Positions 19,366-28,490 of a DNA stretch of 64,000 nucleotides are shown one piece after another. The position numbers were made by a program, and so were the translations under genes. Position 1 is the first letter of the stretch. Each line of letters starts with the position of its first letter. Source of the DNA: Aureliella sp. (GTDB lineage Bacteria; Planctomycetota; Planctomycetia; Pirellulales; Pirellulaceae). Under the pieces are notes generated by a model that was not told the origin of the DNA, searched no databases, and saw only the letters and a list, made by a program, of their open reading frames with translations. The stretch covers positions 1,728,001 through 1,792,000 of the forward strand of contig OY829846.1 of the NCBI GenBank assembly GCA_963691875.1, given 5' to 3'.

Positions 19366-20457
19366 ATGAAGAATCGTCGCTCGGGCTTTACGCTCGTCGA
19401 ACTGTTGGTCGTTATCGCGATCATCGGTATCCTGGTTGGACTTCTGCTTCCAGCCGTTCAAGCAGCACGTGAAGCTGCTCGTCGTATGCAGTGCCAGAAC
19501 AACTTGAAGCAATTGGGCTTGGCAAATCACAACCACGAATCTGCACTCCGTACGATTCCGTCCAACAACAACGGGCAATGGGGTGACCACGCCGGCTTCC
19601 TGTCTCCTGGTCGCTATGGCATCACGCTAACATCTGCTCCTGGCTTTGGTCCATTGGTATTCTTGATGCCATACATGGAACAAACACCTCTTTACAACCA
19701 GTTCACGAAGGGGAAGGGCTACCGCGATCACGCGCAAGCGTCTCTAATCACCCCTCCGCCTAGGCACGTCTTCAAGCCAGTTGAAGGTCAGCCTTGGTGG
19801 TTCGTGGACAACGATTGGGAATTGGGACAATTCCAAATCGGGACTTACCAGTGCCCATCCGACCCAGCTTTGTTCACCACTGGTATCATGTTCTGGACCT
19901 TCAACCCATCTTGCGTTGCAATCGGTGGTATCTGGTTCGGTCCTAATGATAGCCAAGACCACGGCTTCACCAACTACGTTGGCTGTGGTGGTGCAATGAG
20001 CGCTATTCGTTACGAATCAAATGGAATCACCCAGTGCGGTCCTCACGGAAACCCAGAGCGCGTTGACCTTGATGGCGACGGTGTTGCTGATTTTAGCAAC
20101 TACTACCCACTACGTGGTATGTACGGTAGCGATCGCAACCCAACCAAGTTTGGTCAGGTCACTGACGGGTTGAGCAACACCTTGATGATGGGTGAGACAA
20201 CTGGTGGTGACCGCTGGAACTTCGCTTGGATTTCCATGGGTTGGCTTCCTGTTGGATTGATGGGCAACCGCAACATCAGCACTCCTAAGGGAACTTCTGC
20301 GTGGGCTGGCTTTAACAGCTATCACACCGGTGGTAACAACTGGGTGTTGGGCGATGGTTCCGTACAATACGTTTCGGAAAACATTGCAATCGGAACTCTG
20401 CGTCGTATGGCAGCTATGTCTGACGGCTGGGTTCTTGACGAAGGCTTCACTCAGTAA
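19366..20457 (+). CDS. DUF1559 family prepilin-type N-terminal cleavage/methylation protein
   Basis: MKNRRSG|FTLVELLVVIAIIGILVGLLLPAVQAAREAARRMQCQNNLKQLGLA; TDGLSNT..GE; H-X9-DG motif SYHTGGNNWVLGDGSV. Confidence 0.93.
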   Translation: MKNRRSGFTLVELLVVIAIIGILVGLLLPAVQAAREAARRMQCQNNLKQLGLANHNHESALRTIPSNNNGQWGDHAGFLSPGRYGITLTSAPGFGPLVFLMPYMEQTPLYNQFTKGKGYRDHAQASLITPPPRHVFKPVEGQPWWFVDNDWELGQFQIGTYQCPSDPALFTTGIMFWTFNPSCVAIGGIWFGPNDSQDHGFTNYVGCGGAMSAIRYESNGITQCGPHGNPERVDLDGDGVADFSNYYPLRGMYGSDRNPTKFGQVTDGLSNTLMMGETTGGDRWNFAWISMGWLPVGLMGNRNISTPKGTSAWAGFNSYHTGGNNWVLGDGSVQYVSENIAIGTLRRMAAMSDGWVLDEGFTQ

Positions 20458-20495
20458 TTGAACCTCAGTTAATCCATTGATCTAGGAAGGAAACC

Positions 20496-20693
20496 ATGAA
20501 GAAACTATCTGCTCTGTTGCTAGCATTGGCACTTATCGCTCCTGTTGCAGGATGTGGAGGCTCTGATTCCACTCCACAAGCTCCCGAGAATCCTACCGCT
20601 TCGCCAATGGCTAGCGAAGATACAGGTAACGCTCGTGCTGCAGCTGCGAAAGCAAAAGAGAAAGTTGGCGCCGCAGAGGATCCAATGCAATAA
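20496..20693 (+). CDS. Small lipoprotein, DUF1559 partner
   Basis: RBS ggaaggaa; signal MKKLSALLLALALIAPVAG-C lipobox. Confidence 0.8.
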   Translation: MKKLSALLLALALIAPVAGCGGSDSTPQAPENPTASPMASEDTGNARAAAAKAKEKVGAAEDPMQ

Positions 20694-20720
20694 GCTTCTT
20701 GGTTGACTATTGAAATCTAC

Positions 20721-20757
20721 AAACGCGATTGGCTCCTGCCAGTCGCGTTTTTATTTT
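20721..20757 (+). terminator. Rho-independent terminator
   Basis: aaacgcgattggc-tcct-gccagtcgcgttt followed by ttatttt. Confidence 0.8.
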
Positions 20758-20932
20758 GATGGCAGCTGAACTTCAGACTGCAATTCTTGTCTCGCCGGAA
20801 ATCAGGTATCTTGGACAGTGTTTACCGGGTTCCGTTTCGGCCCTTGCGCCCTAGGTTCATGTCCTAGCGTTTGAAGACTATTGAGCTATCGAGATCAAAT
20901 CCGGCTGACGTTTCTCTCGAAACCTGGATTCA

Positions 20933-22189
20933 ATGCGTAGCACCCTCTTCTACATTCCGCATCAAATAGCTGGTGTTCCGATGTTGGGTTTCGGAATACT
21001 GCTTGCACTCGTATGGATCGTTTTCATCGCGTGGGGAGCTCTTAAGTACTCCAGAACCAAGTCCTCATCGGACGTGACTGGAGCTCTACCTGTCGTACTG
21101 ATCGCTTCGGCGGTTTTGGTCTTTCTATTGCCATCTGTAGAGCAAAAGTGGCCCGACGGAACCGCTATCGGACTGCCAATACGGGGCTATGGCGTGATGG
21201 TCGTTGCTGGACTGTTCTGCGGAGTTGGAATTACAGTTCTGCGCGCAAAGCAATTAGGCCTCTCCGTTGACGACGTGATAGGGCTTGGGTTCTGGATGAT
21301 GTTAACTGGTGTGATCGGCGCTCGAGTTTTTTTTGTTGTACAGAAGTGGTCTGAGTTCAACTCGATCACCGATGTCTTCAAACTCACAGAAGGTGGCTTG
21401 GTCATCTACGGTGGGGTTATTGGGGGCCTTCTGGCAGGCATAACTTATTGCTGGCAACGGAATCTAAATGTTCTGGCGATGGCAGATCTCATCGCCCCCG
21501 GTTTTCTGATTGGGCAAAGCCTGGGAAGAATTGGTTGCCTTCTACATGGCTGCTGCTTTGGAGGTGTTTGTACTGCAGAACTGCCTTCGATTCAGTTCCC
21601 GCAAGGCAGCCTTCCTTACCAGTCGCAATTGGCATCCGGACGTTTGCTGGGTGTTGAGCTCGAGTCCCAGTTTCCGCCTTCAATAATTAAGGCGATCAAG
21701 CCGGACAGTCTCGCCAGCCAGCGTGGATTCAAAAAAGGGGCGAGCCTGTCTGGTGTCTACATTTCAAGCGTTGAGAAGGTCGCCGGTGATGATCCCGTGG
21801 CGGCACCACAGATGTTCGCCGAAGCCAAGGTTGGCGGCCAAGCGATTAGCTTCTTACCGTCTCAACTTCCCTCAAAAAGCCTCGAAACACATCCCTCGCA
21901 GATTTATTCGGCAATCAATGCCGCATTGCTGTGCGTTCTGATCTGGTTTCTACAGCCTTTCGCCAGCCGCGATGGGATGGTCTTTTGCATCGCGATCTTG
22001 CTTTACACTTCGTCGCGTTTTCTGATGGAGTTAGTTCGGAGTGACGAAGCTAGTCAGTTGGGTACCGGACTCACTATCGCACAGCTTTTCAGCGTCGCAG
22101 CTATCGTATCTGCAGTGCTGGGCCTACTGTGGCTAAAAAAAATGCCAGCAAAACGGACTTGGCAATGGGGGCGTGGAAACCCACTCTAA
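20933..22189 (+). CDS. lgt: Prolipoprotein diacylglyceryl transferase with inserted periplasmic domain
   Basis: IRGYG, GARVFFV, GGLVIYGG, LGRIGC..GCCFG, HPSQIY, RFLMELVR motifs. Confidence 0.88.
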   Translation: MRSTLFYIPHQIAGVPMLGFGILLALVWIVFIAWGALKYSRTKSSSDVTGALPVVLIASAVLVFLLPSVEQKWPDGTAIGLPIRGYGVMVVAGLFCGVGITVLRAKQLGLSVDDVIGLGFWMMLTGVIGARVFFVVQKWSEFNSITDVFKLTEGGLVIYGGVIGGLLAGITYCWQRNLNVLAMADLIAPGFLIGQSLGRIGCLLHGCCFGGVCTAELPSIQFPQGSLPYQSQLASGRLLGVELESQFPPSIIKAIKPDSLASQRGFKKGASLSGVYISSVEKVAGDDPVAAPQMFAEAKVGGQAISFLPSQLPSKSLETHPSQIYSAINAALLCVLIWFLQPFASRDGMVFCIAILLYTSSRFLMELVRSDEASQLGTGLTIAQLFSVAAIVSAVLGLLWLKKMPAKRTWQWGRGNPL

Positions 22190-22470
22190 GCCCTGGAAAC
22201 GGGGCGTAATACAGCATTCATTTTGGTAGAAATTGCCAGGATGGCAGTCATAGATGCTCAAATATCCCTACCAGCCACCCACTGGGGGGTGTTTCAGGCG
22301 ATAGCCCGGCGTTAGATTGTTGTCATCGTCAAGGAGGTCCTTCGGCCTGTTCGGAGTATGGAAAGGCAGATTTGTTGGACGAATTGCCCAATCTGTATCA
22401 TCGGCCATCAGCCCCCCAATGCCCTCCTTCTCAATAGTCCATCTACTCGTAGAAGAGAAAACGCATATCG

Positions 22471-23262
22471 ATGTGCTTACTGGCAGTTCTCTACCGCCTT
22501 GTACCAGAAAGCCCGATTCTTGTAGCCGCAAATCGAGAGGAGTATTACGACAGACCTTCCTTACCACCTTCCATACAATCCGGAAAACCGCGAGTGCTCT
22601 GCGGAGTAGATCAACGAGCCGGAGGAACTTGGCTAGGAGTCAACCAACACGGGATGTTTGTTGGCCTTTGTAACCGCCGGGTTCCAGGTAGCTCGGGTGA
22701 TCCAATTGGCGCTCGAAGCCGCGGACTGTTGGCTCGAGAAGTTCTTCGAAGTGGTAGTGCCCGTAAAGGCGTCGACAAAGCCATGGAAGAGCTGATGACT
22801 CATCGCTACGAGGGGCTCAATCTTGTCGTTTGCGATGCGGAGAGTGGATGGGTTGTCCACAGTGATGGTGAGCAGGATGTGCAACCTTTGGAAGAAGGCC
22901 TCAACATCATTGGCAACCAGGACATGAATGACCCGATGGACGAACGAGTCCAGCTTGCTCACCGGCTACTGACTTTGCAGATGCTTGACTCGCCGGTCAA
23001 ATTTCTCGCAGTTGCCAGCAAAGTTTTTGCTCGTAGCCCGACGGCACCAGGCCGTCCAAGTATGATCCAACGAGGAACAGACTATGGAACAGTCAGCAGC
23101 ACATTGATTGCTCTTAGCCCCAAGCCGCGAGATGCGATTTTCCAGTTCGCTTCAGGATCCCCTGACGAAGCCAAGTACGAGGACTACTCGCCAATGCTGC
23201 GAGACATCCTTAGCCGGGGACTTCGAGAGGCTCGTTCCAAAGCAAAGGCTGGCGCTCAGTAG
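22471..23262 (+). CDS. NRDE/TANGO2 family protein (Ntn fold)
   Basis: N-terminal MC, AANREE (NRDE variant), GGTWLGVN, SRGLL, YGTVSST. Confidence 0.88.
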   Translation: MCLLAVLYRLVPESPILVAANREEYYDRPSLPPSIQSGKPRVLCGVDQRAGGTWLGVNQHGMFVGLCNRRVPGSSGDPIGARSRGLLAREVLRSGSARKGVDKAMEELMTHRYEGLNLVVCDAESGWVVHSDGEQDVQPLEEGLNIIGNQDMNDPMDERVQLAHRLLTLQMLDSPVKFLAVASKVFARSPTAPGRPSMIQRGTDYGTVSSTLIALSPKPRDAIFQFASGSPDEAKYEDYSPMLRDILSRGLREARSKAKAGAQ

Positions 23263-23287
23263 TTAAGTGACAACATGGAATGCTTCC

Positions 23288-23321
23288 AACGGCTGCGAAT
23301 ACCACATTCGCAGCCGTTTTT
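23288..23321 (+). terminator. Rho-independent terminator after the NRDE gene
   Basis: 13-bp stem aacggctgcgaat / attcgcagccgtt followed by a T tract. Confidence 0.8.
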
Positions 23322-23437
23322 ATGCGCTTCTTCGGGTTGCTATTCTGCATGTTCAGGCAGTTGTTTTTGCACTCGCTTTGGAATACCCTGAAGCACCCCG
23401 AAACTCCCCTTCTCCCATCTGGTCGATGAGCCGCATC

Positions 23438-24649
23438 ATGAAATCGTATTGCATTAGGCTTTGCTCACAAGCCACGTTTACTCTGGCGTTTGTGTCTGTT
23501 TTTTACGGTCGTTTCGCCTGCGCCGAGAAACCTCGGGCCGAACCCTTTGGGAAAACCCAAGCAGGCGAAGCGGTCGAGATCTTCACCTTGAAGAATGAAT
23601 TGGGCATTACCGCTAAAGTTATGACCCGTGGTGCGACCCTCGTTCAACTACATGCACCCGACAAGACAGGTAAGACTGAAGACGTCATCCTGGGTTTTGA
23701 TGATGTCAGCGGATATGAGTCGGAAGCCAATCAGTACTTCGGGTGTACAACGGGACGAGTGTGCAATCGAATCGCGAACGGGAAATTCACCCTGGATGGC
23801 AAGGAGTATTCGCTAGCCATCAATAACGAACCGAATCACCTCCACGGCGGAGTAGAACGAAGTTTGGACAAAGTGATTTGGAAAGCACGCTCATTCGAGA
23901 GTGATCGAGGTCAAGGCGTCACGTTCAGCTACACGAGTCCAGACGGAGAAGAAGGTTATCCTGGTGAACTGAGTATCAAAGTGACCTACTTGGTACTCAA
24001 GGACAAACCAAACTTAAGCATCCGCTACAGCGCGACCACAGATAAGGCGACACCGGTCAACCTGACCAATCACGCTTATTTCAATCTGGCTGGACAGGGC
24101 AGTGAGACCATCCTGGACCACCGTATTCGTATCAACGCAGACAAGTACACGCCTACGGATGAGACCTTGATTCCAACCGGTGAATTGAAAGATGTTGAAG
24201 GAACTGTTCTCGATCTGCGCAAGCAGACCAAGATTGGCAAGAGCATTGATGAATTGGTCGATACCGAAGCTCTCGGATTCGATCACAACTATGTGTTAAA
24301 CTCACCTGGCAAAGGCAAGTATCGTCTGGCAGCCGTGCTTGCCGAGCCAGAGTCTGGACGATTGATGCGCATCACCACAACGGAACCAGGTATCCAGTTT
24401 TACTCGGGCAATTTCCTTAAAGGCGACAAGGGAAAGGGCGGCGAGACGTATGCTCTGCGAAGTGCTTGCTGCCTAGAAACACAACACTTCCCCGACTCAA
24501 TCAACCAAGAGAAGTTCCCAAACACGGTTTTGCGCTCGGGCGAGGAATACGAGTCGCATACGATCTTGGCCTTCTCCAAAATCGAAGACACCAAGAAGAA
24601 CGCATCTGGTCGTAGTCTTTCGACCGCTGGCTCGGATGGCAAGAAATAG
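23438..24649 (+). CDS. galM: Aldose 1-epimerase (galactose mutarotase), probably exported
   Basis: GRVCNRIANG, NHLHGG, EEGYPG, NLTNHAYFNL, GFDHN, CLETQHFPD; start moved to ATG 23438 because a terminator lies inside the longer ORF; signal-peptide-like N-terminus. Confidence 0.92.
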   Translation: MKSYCIRLCSQATFTLAFVSVFYGRFACAEKPRAEPFGKTQAGEAVEIFTLKNELGITAKVMTRGATLVQLHAPDKTGKTEDVILGFDDVSGYESEANQYFGCTTGRVCNRIANGKFTLDGKEYSLAINNEPNHLHGGVERSLDKVIWKARSFESDRGQGVTFSYTSPDGEEGYPGELSIKVTYLVLKDKPNLSIRYSATTDKATPVNLTNHAYFNLAGQGSETILDHRIRINADKYTPTDETLIPTGELKDVEGTVLDLRKQTKIGKSIDELVDTEALGFDHNYVLNSPGKGKYRLAAVLAEPESGRLMRITTTEPGIQFYSGNFLKGDKGKGGETYALRSACCLETQHFPDSINQEKFPNTVLRSGEEYESHTILAFSKIEDTKKNASGRSLSTAGSDGKK

Positions 24650-24657
24650 TTTTAGCA

Positions 24658-24984
24658 ATGGATGCACTTGAAATCAGTCCAGCAGAGACAAAACAACTGC
24701 TAGATCAATCGGAAATCGTGCTGATCGATTGTCGCGAGCAAGAGGAGTTTGAGCTCGCGAAGATAGAGGGAGCAGTTTTGCTCCCAACCAGCCAGTGGCC
24801 CGAAGTTCACAAAAGGCTAGATGAATTTGAAGGCCAGAGAATCGTCGTTCATTGCCACCACGGCATGCGCAGCTTGCAAGTGGTACATTGGATGCTACAG
24901 AACGGCTTTCCCGACGCTCAAAGCATGCAAGGCGGGATAGCTGCCTGGTCTCAGGAAATTGATCCATCTATTCCACAATATTGA
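24658..24984 (+). CDS. Single-domain rhodanese
   Basis: LIDCRE, IEGA, active loop HCHHGMRS, SMQGGIAAW, IDPSIPQY. Confidence 0.9.
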   Translation: MDALEISPAETKQLLDQSEIVLIDCREQEEFELAKIEGAVLLPTSQWPEVHKRLDEFEGQRIVVHCHHGMRSLQVVHWMLQNGFPDAQSMQGGIAAWSQEIDPSIPQY

Positions 24985-25023
24985 CGCTGAAACAATACTC
25001 TCCCCCATTCATCAAGCGCCGAA

Positions 25024-25689
25024 ATGTCGTCGAAACTCAGTCTCGTTGCTTTGCTCATGTTGCTCCCGATGCCATCAGTCGCGGATGAGCCGGCTAAGGA
25101 AATGGATGGCTTGCCCCTCGTTTTCTCGGATGATTTCGAGGACGGTCATGCGAACTGGGAGGTGACTGACGAAAAAGCTTGGGAGCTCATGAAGGAAGAC
25201 GGAAACTCCAGTTTTGGCCTCAATCGTCGCGTTAGCGATTACACCCCCAAGCATCGCAGCCCGCACAATATCGCACTCATCAAGAATGTGAAGCTTGAAG
25301 AATTTATTCTGATCTATCGCGTAAAGAGCACCAAGGACACTGGCGGCCATCGCGATTGCTGCACATTTTTCTGCCACCAAGACCAGACGCATTTCTACTA
25401 TGTGCATATGGGAGCGAGGCCAGATCCACACTCCGGTCAGATCATGATCGTCAACGATGCCCCACGCAAAGCGATGACAGAGAACAATAAGCACGTTCCG
25501 TGGGATGACCAATGGCACACTATCAAGCTAGTGCGGCGCAACAAGACGGGTCAAATCTTGATCTATTTCGACGACATGGAGAAGCCTCACATGCAGGTCA
25601 AAGACACTACTTTTGGTCGTGGGAGCATCGGAATCGGCTCCTTCGACGACATGAACAACTTTGACGACGTACGGCTTTACGGCAAGTAA
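25024..25689 (+). CDS. Exported beta-sandwich (DUF1080/lectin-like) protein
   Basis: Signal peptide; FSDDFEDG, WHTIKL, GSIGIGSFDD..FDDV. Confidence 0.6.
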   Translation: MSSKLSLVALLMLLPMPSVADEPAKEMDGLPLVFSDDFEDGHANWEVTDEKAWELMKEDGNSSFGLNRRVSDYTPKHRSPHNIALIKNVKLEEFILIYRVKSTKDTGGHRDCCTFFCHQDQTHFYYVHMGARPDPHSGQIMIVNDAPRKAMTENNKHVPWDDQWHTIKLVRRNKTGQILIYFDDMEKPHMQVKDTTFGRGSIGIGSFDDMNNFDDVRLYGK

Positions 25690-25741
25690 AACGCAGCTGA
25701 CTTCGACTGCTGGCCGTCTTGTTGGCGGAACTTAACGAGCT

Positions 25742-26839
25742 TTATTGTCGACGTTCTGTTAGCTCGATGGACAGCTCCACCCTCTCGCCAGCTCGCATTA
25801 CCGTGATTGCAACCGGCTCGCCAATTGGAGACTGCTGCACGATAGCGGAAAAATCAGCTTTGTTGCGGACGTTCTGCCCATCCAGACTAATGATCACATC
25901 GTTAATCTCGAGACCAGCTTTCTTGGCTGCATAGCCCGGTACAAGTCGCCGCACCAAGGCGCCGGAAGCTGCCTTTAGCTTGAGAGATTTGATTTGTTCG
26001 AACGCCACATCAGCAACGGATATACCAGCGTAACCACGCCTCACTTTGCCTTGCTCAAGTAGTTCTTGTCGAATCCAATTTGCACGTCTGATTGGAATCG
26101 CAAATCCGATTCCCTCGAAGCTACCAGAACGTGATGCGATCGCTGTATTGATACCAACCAACTTGCCATCCAAGTCGATCAAAGGCCCTCCTGAATTACC
26201 AGGGTTGACCGAAGCATCTGTCTGCAGGAACTGTCCTTGGACAAGTTGTGATAACTGCCGAAAACGCTTAGTGCTACTGATGATGCCTGCACTGACGGAG
26301 GAGTCGAGCATGAAAGGGTTCCCAATGGCGAGAACCCATTGTCCAACGAAGGGCTCCTCCTCGCTGATCTCCGCGAAAGGCAAATCCTCGGCTTCGATCT
26401 GCAGAACTGCTAAGTCACTTTGTGGGTCCGTAATCGTTTCTTTTACTTTGAAGCGACGTCCATCGATCAAGCGAATCTCTGTCGCCTCGGAATTCTCGAC
26501 AACATGGTGATTGGTCAGGATCACCCCCGTATCGGAGACGATGACTCCGGTTCCGAAACTGTCAAAATTCGGACGCTGGTCGGCAAGGATACTGAGAATC
26601 GGGTCTTTGGTGCCACCCTTACTCGTCCGGCTCAACACTTCAACGGTGCACGGCCGAACCGTCTCAGCTGCACTGTTGAAGGCCAGCGACAGATTTCGGG
26701 CATGACTTCGTACTCGCTTGAGTTCTTTCTTGCTCAACGCATCTTGGGCTAATCCGCTTGTCGAAATGCCCAAAACAAAGATGACAGCGAGGGAAAGTGA
26801 GAGAGTTTTGCGAATTGCAAGGTAGTAGTAGGCTGACAT
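25742..26839 (-). CDS. HtrA/DegQ-like serine protease with one PDZ domain
   Basis: Triad TNHHV, SDLAV, NPGNSGGPL; C-terminal PDZ; likely start ATG 26839 (ORF extends to 26980). Confidence 0.9.
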   Translation of the reverse strand: MSAYYYLAIRKTLSLSLAVIFVLGISTSGLAQDALSKKELKRVRSHARNLSLAFNSAAETVRPCTVEVLSRTSKGGTKDPILSILADQRPNFDSFGTGVIVSDTGVILTNHHVVENSEATEIRLIDGRRFKVKETITDPQSDLAVLQIEAEDLPFAEISEEEPFVGQWVLAIGNPFMLDSSVSAGIISSTKRFRQLSQLVQGQFLQTDASVNPGNSGGPLIDLDGKLVGINTAIASRSGSFEGIGFAIPIRRANWIRQELLEQGKVRRGYAGISVADVAFEQIKSLKLKAASGALVRRLVPGYAAKKAGLEINDVIISLDGQNVRNKADFSAIVQQSPIGEPVAITVMRAGERVELSIELTERRQ

Positions 26840-27127
26840 CGTAGTAGCTGTCCGTAAGTGATTTCTTGAAACGAGCAAAACTAGTTGACCGTCGGTACAG
26901 TTTACCAAGACGTCGACCTTTAATTTTAGATCGAACCGGCTCGAATCACTGAATGGGCCGGCTTTTCCTTTGAATATCAAGTATTGAGGCGGTAATCGCT
27001 CGCGTCTTCACCCCTCTAAGCGAGTAGACCGTTCTGCAATTACGAAACAAAAAGACGACTCTTGCCTCTAAATGTGAAAAAAGTGAGGTCCTATTCAGCG
27101 CCAGGTTTTATAGGAATGCTCGCCGAC

Positions 27128-27286
27128 ATGCGTATGTATTGCCCCTCATGCTTTCGAGAAGAAGACCACAGATTCGTGGAGCTTCCGAAAGTGGTGCGCA
27201 TCGCCATCTTCGTCGCTACGCTTGGCATTGGCTATCTGTTCTTGCCCAAAAGATGCCAATGCTGCGGGGGAGTTCATTACGTCTAG
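27128..27286 (+). CDS. Small CxxC-hydrophobic-CxxC membrane microprotein
   Basis: MRMYCPSC...AIFVATLGIGYLFL..RCQCCG; fills the gap between flanking genes. Confidence 0.6.
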   Translation: MRMYCPSCFREEDHRFVELPKVVRIAIFVATLGIGYLFLPKRCQCCGGVHYV

Positions 27287-27305
27287 ATGGATGAAGCGAT
27301 GGCGG

Positions 27306-28196
27306 TCAAAGTTCCATTGAATCTAGCCCAGCGAGTCTCTTTTGAAGCTCGGCATTCTTTGGCTGAATCTCAAGCAGCATCTTCACGTAACGAACCGCCG
27401 AATCAATGAGCCCCGATTCCTCGGCAAGATCCGCAGCGCACACAATGGCAGTGTACTTGACTTCATCTGATGGCGAAGGCGCACGATACATTGCCGCTCG
27501 TCGGTAAGCAGATAGTGCCTCCGGTACCCTGCCAGCCCGCTCGTATAGCTGTCCCAACTGCAATGACGCTTTCGCGCGAAGATCAGGCCGATGAATTGCG
27601 TTTTCAAGGCACGCAATTGCATCGGAAGGCTGACCAAGGTTTTCCAAAGCGGAAGCCAGCGGAAGATTCAGTTCGAGCTGGTCTGGGTGCCTCTTCAGTC
27701 TTGCGCGGCAGATCGACTCACGAAGCACGTTCAATTCGACATGGCACCGGTCAAGCGGTTCCTTCGTCAGCAGAGAAGGCTCTGTATCATAGGCTTGCTG
27801 AGCTGCCTGGTGAATCTGAAGACTACGGTTGATTTGCGCTTCTTCTCGCAGAAAATTGGCTTGCTCGTCTTGAGGGAACTTCTCAATCGCAAGATCTAAG
27901 ATCCGCTTCGCATCCGCATACCGGTTTTGGTGCAAGTAGATGCGTGCTAACTCTAGATAGGGATCTACCGTAATCGGGCTATCACGAATGATACGTTCGA
28001 GGGTTTGAAATCTCTCAAGAGGGATTGCGGGCTCAGTCGTCGCGTCGCTCGCACCATCCAGCCAGTGGTCGTCGTCAAGCAGTTGTTGACGAACAACCAA
28101 GTCTCGTGGAGATAAGGGCTCCATTTTCGCTCCCTTCCGCAATGCTTCTTGTCTAGGCATTTCTACAGCGGTCATGCTGCTCATTAGGTGTCGCAT
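27306..28196 (-). CDS. Tetratricopeptide repeat protein
   Basis: TPR patterns YLELARIY..Q.RY..AKR.L..A...FP, LASALE.LG....AI, LGQLYERAG...EAL.AYRRA. Confidence 0.75.
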   Translation of the reverse strand: MRHLMSSMTAVEMPRQEALRKGAKMEPLSPRDLVVRQQLLDDDHWLDGASDATTEPAIPLERFQTLERIIRDSPITVDPYLELARIYLHQNRYADAKRILDLAIEKFPQDEQANFLREEAQINRSLQIHQAAQQAYDTEPSLLTKEPLDRCHVELNVLRESICRARLKRHPDQLELNLPLASALENLGQPSDAIACLENAIHRPDLRAKASLQLGQLYERAGRVPEALSAYRRAAMYRAPSPSDEVKYTAIVCAADLAEESGLIDSAVRYVKMLLEIQPKNAELQKRLAGLDSMEL

Positions 28197-28490
28197 CGAA
28201 TTATAGTAGATTCAGCCTACACGAAGCAATTAAAACCAATGGGAGCTCGTGGCAAAGGACGTGTCCGAACTTGGGCGTCGCCTGAGCTAAATATTTCGCC
28301 CAAATCCTGAAGCCCCAGTTGAAAACTGAATTAAACGCGAGTCAATACTGATGCAGGTTCTTGCGTAGTGTGGCTCCTAAAACCCAATCTAGAGAGTCAG
28401 TAGCAAAGACCACTTACATGGACAGTCGTTTAGGAAGTCTGTTCCTGGGCTGCGCCACTGGTTTGAACCTGCTTCAGCCCCACGGAGTTT

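Noticed and set aside
23267..23437. Extended galM N-terminus from the ORF track
   Set aside because: Overlaps a clear terminator; a downstream ATG gives a signal-peptide-like start
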